NCBI GenBank assembly: GCA_019056785.1
Contig: DXJV01000025.1
Coordinates: forward strand, 1 to 64,000
DNA: 64,000 nucleotides
Direction: 5' to 3'
DNA from: Candidatus Heimdallarchaeota archaeon
GTDB taxonomy: Archaea; Asgardarchaeota; Heimdallarchaeia; JABLTI01
The notes beneath the pieces are model-generated. The model was given only the letters and a program-made list of their open reading frames with translations. It searched no databases and had not been told where the DNA came from. Position numbers and translations under genes: made by a program. Positions 49,101 to 57,387 of this stretch are shown here, in pieces. Numbering within the stretch: position 1 is the first letter of the stretch; every line of letters starts with the position of its first letter.

Positions 49101-50162
49101 CCAGATTTTTTCACCATTCTTTTTCAATAATTGAAGCTGATAGCCAGTTAATGTACCATGAGCTTTTATTGTCGCAAGGAATTCTTGCCGGTTCTTTTCA
49201 TCAGGATAGAATTGTGTTACGAAAATCTTCTTATACTCATCCACGGTGTCGAAACCAAAAATGCGCGCCATGGTTTCATTTGCTTCTATGATGCGACCGG
49301 TGGTTATTTCAGTGCGATACATGCCGACAAGGGCATTTTCGAAAAGATACTGGTATTTCAATGTTGATTCTTTTGTTTCTGTGTTATCAATAAGAACGAT
49401 AGAAACGGAGACTAACTCTTGTTCAGTGTTATAAGCACCAATGTTAAATTGCAACCACCAACGCTCTTCTCCATCCTTTCGAATAATTTTATATTCCAAC
49501 ATCTTCGGAACAAAACCTTCACGCATCCGTTGGAAGTTTTCACAGTAATAGTCCTTAAAGTCAGGGTGAAGTATTTTCTCAATAAAGTTGGGCGATTTAT
49601 ACCACTCTTTTATTGAATACCCACTAAGCTCTTCAATGAATTTATCGACAAGAGAATATTTGCCAGAGGGCAAGTCCATCTTCAAGAAGCCACGAACGCG
49701 CTCGGCAATTTTTCGATACATTTCTTCAAGCTCAGAGATCTCTTTCTCCAACTTTGCACGGCGCTTTCGTTCTTCAACCTCTTTTAATGCGCGATTAATT
49801 GCCGGGATCAATCGTTCCATCCGTGATTTTAACACATAATCTGTTGCACCACTATGTAATGCCTCGATGGCAAGCTCTTCACCTAAAACCGCGGATACAA
49901 GAATAAAAGGCGTTTTTAAACCCATTTTTCTGGTCAATTCTAAGGCAGAAAGACCGTCAAAGGACGGCAGGCTATAATCAGCAAGAATAAGATCGATTTT
50001 CTCTTCCTTTAAAACTTTAATAAATGCGTCTTTCGTGTCCACGCTGATAACTTTTGCTTTCAATCCCTCTAAGTCTAATATTTCTTTGACTAACTCAACA
50101 TCGTTTTGGTTGTCTTCTAAATGTAAAATCATTAACTGTTTGGCCATTCTCCAAGCTCTCAA
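46176..50162 (-). CDS. Multidomain sensor/receiver: REC-PAS-PAS-PAS-GAF-PAS-PAS-PAS-GAF-PAS, no output domain
   Basis: Paralog of the adjacent gene (shared 'KMLEYKII..DGEERWWLQFNIGA' and 'NK.ISAGY.A.N'). REC 'LHLEDN..ILADYSLP..DYVLKS'. Start may be the ATG at 50147. Confidence 0.88.
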   Translation of the reverse strand: MRAWRMAKQLMILHLEDNQNDVELVKEILDLEGLKAKVISVDTKDAFIKVLKEEKIDLILADYSLPSFDGLSALELTRKMGLKTPFILVSAVLGEELAIEALHSGATDYVLKSRMERLIPAINRALKEVEERKRRAKLEKEISELEEMYRKIAERVRGFLKMDLPSGKYSLVDKFIEELSGYSIKEWYKSPNFIEKILHPDFKDYYCENFQRMREGFVPKMLEYKIIRKDGEERWWLQFNIGAYNTEQELVSVSIVLIDNTETKESTLKYQYLFENALVGMYRTEITTGRIIEANETMARIFGFDTVDEYKKIFVTQFYPDEKNRQEFLATIKAHGTLTGYQLQLLKKNGEKIWVSLSARIFPEEGFIEGVIIDITEQKKAQRELFEREHELENIFEHKGTATIIIEKDMIISKCNHQIETISGFKKKELEGKRKWTEFIHPDDLPRLLALDKQHRERNSTTPIAFECKIKHKAGHYFDAFLTASVIPGTTKSIASIIDVSKRKKAEQELTRDRLIFKLIAEAAVQTIDLRDLCQKVLTGLVENLGFDSGLIRIYFENERLLLPMAEVGLSKEARETLTHVSINNTDFPLSRFLTKEIIEPDVLQNDFLRNTDINAKFHYRSYISWPIFNSNQKFLGIIQIGSQKKIPLQESDRIFFENISKIFATAIERKMAEDALRESESQYRKLVESLPVQLGLLIVQEDEIKFASPTVFEMFEVSSIKDIIGSDLITFFSSESWEEMRVFLHSIYQSDGAPKLKLETKLKRASNEEFPAEIFATLTSYQGEPAVQLLISDLTERKKAEEAICDSEARYRTLVETSPFAIFLLSLEGDIHFVNKQAPKSFGMNTESELLGKNLFAFIVDKTTFDQKEFISEILHAGRVRNYELLFHRQDKTTFYADFSASVIVDAKGVPQAIMAIIQDITERKQIERNRRLLANIVENSKEVIITANEDGKILFANAAIEEILGYQPESIIGKDITLFAPPGSEEKQRNLFKSTLELGKVTFESILRQKNGILIPVIMTYVVIDDKEFNEKTINIIILDTSDLVELKETLKDRTFELETLNKVISAGYLARNMNELLDFTLTTVLNSLDFNGGAIYLIDEEKEQAFLKRSLGMSANFIREAKVLKIKSAPFKELFVAGRTIYVDNFMAKSEGHQQFGIQTLIGVPFFSKQVVIGGLLLSSKERRSLAKDELMTLEAIGREMGTALAKMQAEEELQSSQKYLQTIFNALENYILVFNKETNQILNVNIKFQEKLGYDLSKLLTMDIATITTEKTQKLLKNTLKSLRDGESKTIPLDFITRDGNVFSLKLHLSVIVFLDHQMVIAQN

Positions 50163-50336
50163 GAGGGTAGTAATAATTTAATGGCATCTTCTAATGCAAT
50201 TAAAGAAAAATTAAATCTAAAGGTTATAATTCTTACTTTTGCGTCAATTATGGATGTAGAGAGGAACAAAATGTGCGCATTTCAAAAATAATTTTAAAAG
50301 AACAAGTAAACATAAGAAGTATTGGTGTGGTTTTGT

Positions 50337-51092
50337 ATGATGCTCCAAACTGAAAACATGACCTGGGAAGAAATTGACTTGGCAATAAAGAACGGTTTTG
50401 ATACAATTATAATTGCCGTTGGATCTATCGAACAACACGGGAAACACTTACCAACAAAAACAGACTCCCTTATTGGGGAAGAGGTAGTAAGGGAGGTTGT
50501 AAAAAAACTTGGCAATGCTTTGCAAGGACCAACGATCCGTCTTGGCTGCTCAAAACACCACCTTGGATTTCCAGGAACGATAACTCTCGAGACTGAAACA
50601 TTTAAAGCTGTTATTAGGGACTATGTTATGAGCCTTTCAAAACACAATTTTAAGAATGTAGTTTTCTTACCAAGTCATGGCGGGAATTTTCAACCATTAA
50701 AAGAGAGTATAACGGAATTACAACCACAATATCCAAATTTGAAACTCCGAGCATACACGGACTTGTATGGCTTTATTGAACTTTTAAACGGCTTCTCAAT
50801 AGAAGAAGAAGTTTCTGCAGAAGAAGCAGGCGCGCACTCTGGAGAAAATGAAACATCAATTGTTTTGGCACTTGCAGAGGAGCTGGTAAAAAAGGAGAAA
50901 TTCGACTGTGGATTTGTAGGAACCTTTGGCCCAAAAGAAGGAGAGATTGTCATGACACAAGGGATAAAAGCTCTTAGTCCAAATGGCGTTTTAGGTGACC
51001 CTCGCAAGGCATCAGTAGAAAAAGGGACAATTTATTTCAATAAAATGGTTGACTTCTTTATAAAAAAAGTACAAGAATTCCTTGCTGACTAA
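50337..51092 (+). CDS. Creatininase/creatinine amidohydrolase family protein
   Basis: 'GSIEQHGKHLP..TD', 'SKHHLGFPGT', 'SHGGN', 'HSGENETS', 'NGVLGDP'. Confidence 0.92.
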   Translation: MMLQTENMTWEEIDLAIKNGFDTIIIAVGSIEQHGKHLPTKTDSLIGEEVVREVVKKLGNALQGPTIRLGCSKHHLGFPGTITLETETFKAVIRDYVMSLSKHNFKNVVFLPSHGGNFQPLKESITELQPQYPNLKLRAYTDLYGFIELLNGFSIEEEVSAEEAGAHSGENETSIVLALAEELVKKEKFDCGFVGTFGPKEGEIVMTQGIKALSPNGVLGDPRKASVEKGTIYFNKMVDFFIKKVQEFLAD

Positions 51093-51105
51093 TTGTTCAG
51101 TGAAC

Positions 51106-51489
51106 TCATTTCGCGACTTCTGCAGCAATAATTTCAGTTGAGAGTTTGTCTTTTTCACGCTTTGTAATTGCAATAAAGATGGCTCGAATTATCGTGTAAA
51201 CTGTTGATGGGACAAACCATGACAAGGGGACAATAAATACAACAAAAGCCCCTCCACTTGTCGTTAGAGAAGATGAATAATTGATGAAGAAGCGCACGAA
51301 AAGATAGGCAATTAAAAGACACACACCAAGCATAACAGCTAAAGTAGTTAGCCACGAATAAAAATTGGCTTGTTTTCGCTTGTGTGCTCGGAATACAATC
51401 CGGTAAAACAATACGTTAAATAATAAACTAAGAACAACTGCAAGAACTACAAATAATCCCATTGCCTGTTCAGGTTCCATAAATTTCAC
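51106..51489 (-). CDS. Small 3-TM hypothetical membrane protein
   Basis: 127-aa ORF with three hydrophobic segments. Confidence 0.65.
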   Translation of the reverse strand: MKFMEPEQAMGLFVVLAVVLSLLFNVLFYRIVFRAHKRKQANFYSWLTTLAVMLGVCLLIAYLFVRFFINYSSSLTTSGGAFVVFIVPLSWFVPSTVYTIIRAIFIAITKREKDKLSTEIIAAEVAK

Positions 51490-51666
51490 CCATTCAACTT
51501 TCTTTTGTTTTGAAAACTAAAGAATACTCCAGAACTTTATTATTTAAATCTATAGAAATGAAAAAGGTAATTGTACATATGACAATATTCAAATGCTAGA
51601 GAAAACACTGTTTACTTGGAATACCTTGTTTGGGAGATAGTTATTTAAAGTAAGAAAGCAAATAAA

Positions 51667-52533
51667 ATGAGATTTATAACGATGGTAGATATAAGAAAAT
51701 TGAATTCTCCCAAAGAAACAAAAGGAAAAATTAAAGGCATTATCTTTGATTTTGATGGCGTCCTCTCCTCTTTCCAAATGCGCATAGGGTGGCCTATTTT
51801 AAATGCTGCACTCATGGTTAAACCGGAACTTTCGCGAAAACGAATTATCGATACTACTATGGTGATTTTTGACCATCTGACAACTCTCGAGAAAATGCCA
51901 AAAAAAACCGAACTTTTGAAGTTAATATTTGAAACAGGCAAACGCTTTGGAATGAGCAACTTCCAAGCATTGAAATTCATTGTAATTACATCCATCATTT
52001 ATGCTAAAAACCGTAAAAGAATCGTTCCGAGAACAGGCGTTAGAGAAGTTTTACAAGAATTGTTGGCACAAGATTTTATCATGATCTTACTGACAAATAG
52101 TAGTCATGGTGTTATAAAAGTTGCAAAAGAAAGAATTCCGGAATTGAACCGATTTGACCTGATTTTAACGCGCGATGATCTAAAAGCCATAAAACCAAGT
52201 GAAGAAGGCTTTTTGAAAGTCCTAGAGCTCACAGGACTAAAGCCCGAAGAGCTTCTTTCAATCGGTGACCAAGCAAGTGACATCATTGCAAGCAAAAAAG
52301 TGAAGATTAGAACAATTGCTACATTTGATGAAGGAATGGAATTTACGAAAAAACATTTGATAAGAGAAAAACCGGATTTCATTATTTCCGATCTACAGGA
52401 AATCCCCGAGCTTTTACGCTTCCTTCGGGACAGAATAATCGAAGATATTCGAACAACAATTGATTTAACTGAAAAACCGCTTCAGGAATATCTGTTAAGT
52501 GATGAATTAAACGTTAAATATACCGGCCCATGA
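51667..52533 (+). CDS. HAD-superfamily hydrolase
   Basis: Motif I 'IFDFDGVL', II 'LTNS', III 'KP', IV 'IGDQASDI'. Confidence 0.9.
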   Translation: MRFITMVDIRKLNSPKETKGKIKGIIFDFDGVLSSFQMRIGWPILNAALMVKPELSRKRIIDTTMVIFDHLTTLEKMPKKTELLKLIFETGKRFGMSNFQALKFIVITSIIYAKNRKRIVPRTGVREVLQELLAQDFIMILLTNSSHGVIKVAKERIPELNRFDLILTRDDLKAIKPSEEGFLKVLELTGLKPEELLSIGDQASDIIASKKVKIRTIATFDEGMEFTKKHLIREKPDFIISDLQEIPELLRFLRDRIIEDIRTTIDLTEKPLQEYLLSDELNVKYTGP

Positions 52534-52649
52534 TTGCTTTTCATTGGAAGCAATCCATTAACGAATCCCTTTCTAATGGAGAGAAGCAAGAATTTAATCC
52601 TGTAAAAAGTAAAAGGGGCGTAAACCCCTAAAAACCATTTAAAAGAGAG

Positions 52650-53483
52650 TTATTCTTTTTGAGAACCTGTTATTCTGAAGGAAGGCAGTTTCATCGCAGG
52701 AACTTTAAATTGGGAATCATTTAACTCTGAATATTTTCCGAGGAGGTCAATAGAACGCAAGAATCGAAGAGCGGAATCGGTATAGCACAACGTTCGTAGG
52801 GGGAATTGTATCTCACCATTTTTAACGAACCATGTACCATCTCACATCAAGCCCGTAAAGATACCCTTAGTTGGGTTAACTGCATTTTGATAGTGAAAAT
52901 GTGTTACCAGTATACCATTTTTTGTTTCAGCAATCATTTCCTCAAGTGATGCTGTCCCTTCTTCAACTAGAATGTGACTTGCAATTGGAAGGGAACGCCC
53001 TCGAAAGCGCCCATTGTGTCCAGTAGTTGTGACGCCGTCCTTTGTGGCAGTAAGAGTATCATATGCGAGATTCTTTACAATACCCTTTTGAACCAACTCC
53101 AGTTGCGTTTTTGGTTGCTCTTCATCATCAAAGAAAGTACGATAGGGAATTCGAGAGTCATAAGCATCATCCCACATGGTAAATTTCTCGCTGAAGAGTT
53201 TCTCACCAATTTTATCTCGGAGGAAGCTAATATAATCCAGGTACAGCAAAGCACTAAAGCCGAAATAAGAAATGAAGAACATGAAACCAGCAACTGCAGC
53301 TGGCTCGAGAATCACTTCATAGTCTCCGGGCTCAATGTTTTTCATCCCAAAACCATTAGTGGCTTTTCGAGTAGGTTTTTCAGCAACGGTTTGCACATGT
53401 AACTTTGAAAAATCACGGTTATTATCAGCAGACCACCCGGCAGTTTCCTCTGTTTCGTCATATCGCGCATTTTTCTTTTGCAC
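52650..53483 (-). pseudogene. TldE/PmbA-family remnant: 5'-truncated, with in-frame TGA at 52842-52844
   Basis: 'PGDYEVILEPAAV', 'FDDE', 'TTGH', 'GILVT', 'FTGLM*DGTWFVKNGEI'. The frame continues to TAA at 52650-52652 ('VPAMKLPSFRITG'). The N-terminal part is absent. Confidence 0.85.
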
Positions 53484-53731
53484 CTGGTAGTTATATCCCC
53501 TCTTATGCTTACCATTCTTTCTATTTTTATTGAACGTTTAATTTTTATTGAATATTTTTAAAAAAGCTTGCCACCGGCAGACAATTCGAGCTTTCAACAA
53601 TGAGAATGAAACGTTCCATGAACCATATGTACACCTTCTAAAACCTTCTGCGCACCATTCTAAGAGATTGTTAAAAATCACCTTGAAACAATACTACAAT
53701 TAGCAAAAAAACGAAATAAAGGTGAAATGAA

Positions 53732-54709
53732 ATGAAAAAATGGCTATTAGGATTAATATTTGCAAGTCTATTAGTAATGCCTGTAACGGCACAACTTGTC
53801 TCTGCTGAAGATCAGCATATAGGTATAAGAGATGAAGTTGATTCAATCACTGTGTCAACAGAATATATGACAGTTCGGATTCTCCCCAGCCAAGCTCACT
53901 TGATTTGGTGGTATGGAAATGTCTCGAGTGCAGACGAAATGTATAAACTCCAATTATTGAAGATTCAAGAATTTACAGGTGATGATGCCATCCTTGATGA
54001 CAAAAGTGAGCTTGGGGGAATAAGCTATAGTTTAATTTCTGACAGCTGGAGTTATGCTATTGTTCAAACAGCACAAGAGTTAACTATCACTATGACCCTG
54101 ACGGGATTAGCAAACGGTGCAACAATACAACTGGTAATGCACGTGTATACTACTGATGTTCCAATTAATGGAACCGATCAAACAGTAGATGCCTTAACTG
54201 AATTAAAATTCGACATTATAATCGAAAATTGGGTGTTCTCCCCCACAGCTGCAGGAATTGCTATCGAATCATTCCTAACTGAAGTTCAAAATCGACATCG
54301 CGTACGTGTTAGAAATGGCACACTTAATGAGAATGGCAATGCCACCCGAACCATGCAATTCATAAGCGACAAGTATGACGACCAGGCAGTTGCTTATTTC
54401 GAATGGAATACTTTTGCCCATGTTTACAACTCAACTGGAGATCTTGTAGATACGGTTGATGTTGGAACAAGTTATTTCGCAGATATGATCTCCCCACCCC
54501 CAGGCATGGGATTTGAGGAAGTACAAGACCACCTCTGGTTAACATATCCCAACTACGAAAACAATATGAAACTCATTCACGACCCAACTATTGGGTTAAA
54601 TGCTGACCTTCTCGCTAGCAGCGTTCCATTATATGTCATTCCCCTTGTTGGTGGATTGGCCGGAATTGCTATTGTTTCTGCTGTAATTCTCAAGAAGAAG
54701 AGAGCCTAA
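53732..54709 (+). CDS. Secreted, C-terminally anchored cell-surface (glyco)protein
   Basis: Signal peptide 'MKKWLLGLIFASLLVMPVTA', acidic beta-rich ectodomain with N-x-S/T sequons (NVS, NGT x2, NAT, NST), 'HDPTIG' motif, C-terminal TM and 'KKKRA'. Confidence 0.8.
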   Translation: MKKWLLGLIFASLLVMPVTAQLVSAEDQHIGIRDEVDSITVSTEYMTVRILPSQAHLIWWYGNVSSADEMYKLQLLKIQEFTGDDAILDDKSELGGISYSLISDSWSYAIVQTAQELTITMTLTGLANGATIQLVMHVYTTDVPINGTDQTVDALTELKFDIIIENWVFSPTAAGIAIESFLTEVQNRHRVRVRNGTLNENGNATRTMQFISDKYDDQAVAYFEWNTFAHVYNSTGDLVDTVDVGTSYFADMISPPPGMGFEEVQDHLWLTYPNYENNMKLIHDPTIGLNADLLASSVPLYVIPLVGGLAGIAIVSAVILKKKRA

Positions 54710-54824
54710 GAAAAAATTCCTCTCGGGGATTTTTGCTCTCTTCCTCTTCTTTTTCTCTTTTTAATAAATCGGAACATTCAAAAAGTAGCCTTGGTTAGGA
54801 AAACACAAGAATACCTTTGAAAAG

Positions 54825-55895
54825 GTGGCTTCTTTGACAGAACAAATCAAAAAAGATTTGGAAGAACTTTCACAAGCAATTGGCGTTTCTTCTCGCGAAA
54901 GAAGAGTCGTCCGAATTATAAAGGAAAAAATTGAGCCGTTGGTTGACGAACTCAAAATCGACCTTTCAGGCAATTTAATTGCGACTTTGAAAGGGACAGA
55001 AAAGAATGGTCCTGTTTTGCTACTTGATGCCCATACAGATGAAATTGGAGTAATGATTCGCCATATCTCACCAGATGGCTTTCTCTATTTCGCAAAAATT
55101 GGTGGTTTCGTTGACTTACTATTTCCAGGGCAAACAGTCATTCTCGCTCCGGATGATGAGACGAAAAAAACAGTAATTGGAGTCATTGGACTAAAACCGC
55201 CACACATAACCAAGGGAGAGACAAAAGTTCCAAACCCTGAAGACTTGGCTATAGATATTGGAGCAAAAAGTGCTGAAGAAGCAGAGTCATGGGGGATAAC
55301 AATTGGAACAACTGGAACACTTCTCGGAAAATTCTTTGAAATATCTAATGGGCGGGTTATCGGAAAAGCATTTGATGACCGAACGGGTTGTGTAGTATTA
55401 ATCGAACTACTCAGACGTCTGTCCAAAGAAAGGCCAAAGGGGACAATTGTGTTTAATTTTGCTTCCGCAGAAGAAGTTGGTGGACGAGGGGCGACAACTG
55501 CTGCTTATCAAGTCCGGCCGGCCATGGCATTAGCTATTGAGAATACGACAGCTGCCGACACACCAGGTGTGGCACCACAGGATTGCCCAACAATGCTTGG
55601 GAAAGGACCGGCTATTACTGTTGCTGACCGCTCACTCATTGTAAACCAAAAGATTCTCGAACACCTGCAACATTTGGCAAAGAAAAAGAACATTCCTTAT
55701 CAATTTAAAAAACCGCTTTCTGGGGGAACGGATGCAGGACGAATAGCACTTGTTAGAGAAGGCATTCCTTCTGGTGTTGTTTCTGTTCCTTGTCGCTACA
55801 TTCATAGCCCAATTTCTTTACTGGAATTAAAAGATATAGAGCGAACGTGTGATCTTGTGGAGGCGTTTGCGCGCACTTTCCACGAGATTCTTTAA
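54825..55895 (+). CDS. M42 family (TET-like) aminopeptidase
   Basis: 'AHTDEIG', 'GKAFDDRTG', 'EEVGGRGA', 'GGTDAG', 'RYIHSP'. Confidence 0.94.
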   Translation: MASLTEQIKKDLEELSQAIGVSSRERRVVRIIKEKIEPLVDELKIDLSGNLIATLKGTEKNGPVLLLDAHTDEIGVMIRHISPDGFLYFAKIGGFVDLLFPGQTVILAPDDETKKTVIGVIGLKPPHITKGETKVPNPEDLAIDIGAKSAEEAESWGITIGTTGTLLGKFFEISNGRVIGKAFDDRTGCVVLIELLRRLSKERPKGTIVFNFASAEEVGGRGATTAAYQVRPAMALAIENTTAADTPGVAPQDCPTMLGKGPAITVADRSLIVNQKILEHLQHLAKKKNIPYQFKKPLSGGTDAGRIALVREGIPSGVVSVPCRYIHSPISLLELKDIERTCDLVEAFARTFHEIL

Positions 55896-55957
55896 TCTTT
55901 TTTTAGTTCATAACAAGAATTTTAAAACTTAATAGTCCCTCTACAAGCGATAGTAAT

Positions 55958-57349
55958 TTGAATGGAGAAGAAAAGCAAATGGTTACAACAGATTTACGCC
56001 CCTTTTTCAATCCCAAAAGCATTGTACTGATAGGAGCATCGGAAAGGCCAGGATCAATTGGAGGAATGTTGGCAAAACATCTTCTCGAGGGGCAATTTGA
56101 GGGAGAGCTCTATTTTACCAATCCAAAACGAGATGCGGTTTTTGGGCATAAATGCTATCAAAACCTTGAAGTATTACCAAAAGACCCTGAACTTGCAGTG
56201 TTAGCTATCCCGGCAAAGTTCATCCCAGCAGAGCTGAAGAATTGTGCCAAACGAAACATCCATCATGCCATTGTTTTAAGCGGAGGCTTTTCAGAAGTAG
56301 GGAATTATGAACTCGAAGAAGAATTGATTAAAGTTTCCCGAGAAAACGACATTCGAGTAATTGGTCCCAATTGTGCAGGAATTGCTTCTACCCATACAAA
56401 AATGATGGCTGCAATGGAAAACACCTGTATTCCTGGAGGACTCTCAATCGTCTCGCAGAGTGGCGCGTTAGCGGGCTCAATGATGTTACGGGCAACCTAT
56501 GAAGGATTAGGTATTGATAAATGGATTTCTTTTGGAAACGCTTCAGACGTAGAGGAAGCAGAACTCATTAATTACCTTGCAAAAGAAGAGAATTCACCAA
56601 CAAAAGTGATTTTTCTTTACCTTGAGGGTGCAACACATGGACGAAAATTAATAGAGACATTGAAAGAAGTCACGAAACTTAAACCAGTGATATTTTTAAA
56701 GGGAGGAAGAACCGCAATCGGTAACAAGGCAGCTATGACTCACACAGCATCTCTGGGGGGAGATCCGAAAATTTACAAATCTGTTGCAAAACAGACCGGA
56801 GCAATCTGGGTCGAATCTTTGGACGAAGCATTTGACACTTATGAAGTACTTTCTACCTATCTTGACAGAGGAGGAAAAAGGGTAGCAATTGTTACAAATT
56901 CAGGTGGCCCAGGGGTTTTGACCTCAGACAACCTTGCTTTGCATGGGCTGGAATTGAATCAACCTTCACAAAAGTTACGAGCACAACTTGAGGACCTCCC
57001 AGCAGCATGCCCTCGTGAGAATCCTTTTGATTTGTTAGGTGACGCCACCCCAGAAAGATATGAACTCGCTTTACGAGCAATAGCTCATTCTGGAGAATAT
57101 GACACCATAATTACTATTATGGTTCCCCCAGGTGATGCAGACATTAATGGTGTTGCAAGGAAAATCATCGAGATCGCAAATGAGGAACACCAAACGGCGA
57201 TAATTAGTTGCCTTCTCGCCGGCGAAAAAGTAGAACAAGCGATCAAAATTATGCGGGAGAATGGTCTCCCAAGTTTCCCGACACCAAAACGTGTTGCTTG
57301 GGCGGCTTATGCACTTTATAAGTGGCAAGAGATAAAGAAAAGAGCCTAA
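55958..57349 (+). CDS. acdA: Acyl-CoA synthetase (ADP-forming) alpha subunit
   Basis: 'FFNPKSIVLIGAS', 'GPNCAG', 'SQSGAL', 'THTASL' (phospho-His), 'TNSGGPGV', 'NPFDL'. Likely start is the ATG at 55979. Confidence 0.9.
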   Translation: MNGEEKQMVTTDLRPFFNPKSIVLIGASERPGSIGGMLAKHLLEGQFEGELYFTNPKRDAVFGHKCYQNLEVLPKDPELAVLAIPAKFIPAELKNCAKRNIHHAIVLSGGFSEVGNYELEEELIKVSRENDIRVIGPNCAGIASTHTKMMAAMENTCIPGGLSIVSQSGALAGSMMLRATYEGLGIDKWISFGNASDVEEAELINYLAKEENSPTKVIFLYLEGATHGRKLIETLKEVTKLKPVIFLKGGRTAIGNKAAMTHTASLGGDPKIYKSVAKQTGAIWVESLDEAFDTYEVLSTYLDRGGKRVAIVTNSGGPGVLTSDNLALHGLELNQPSQKLRAQLEDLPAACPRENPFDLLGDATPERYELALRAIAHSGEYDTIITIMVPPGDADINGVARKIIEIANEEHQTAIISCLLAGEKVEQAIKIMRENGLPSFPTPKRVAWAAYALYKWQEIKKRA

Positions 57350-57387
57350 GAATTTTCGGCTTTTTCTCCCTTTTTTTCAAAGAACAT

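Noticed and set aside
52842-52844. In-frame TGA as selenocysteine or recoding
   Set aside because: The position corresponds to a conserved Arg (TRDG), not Cys. The gene is also 5'-truncated with other lesions, and TGA is used as a normal stop elsewhere in the window.
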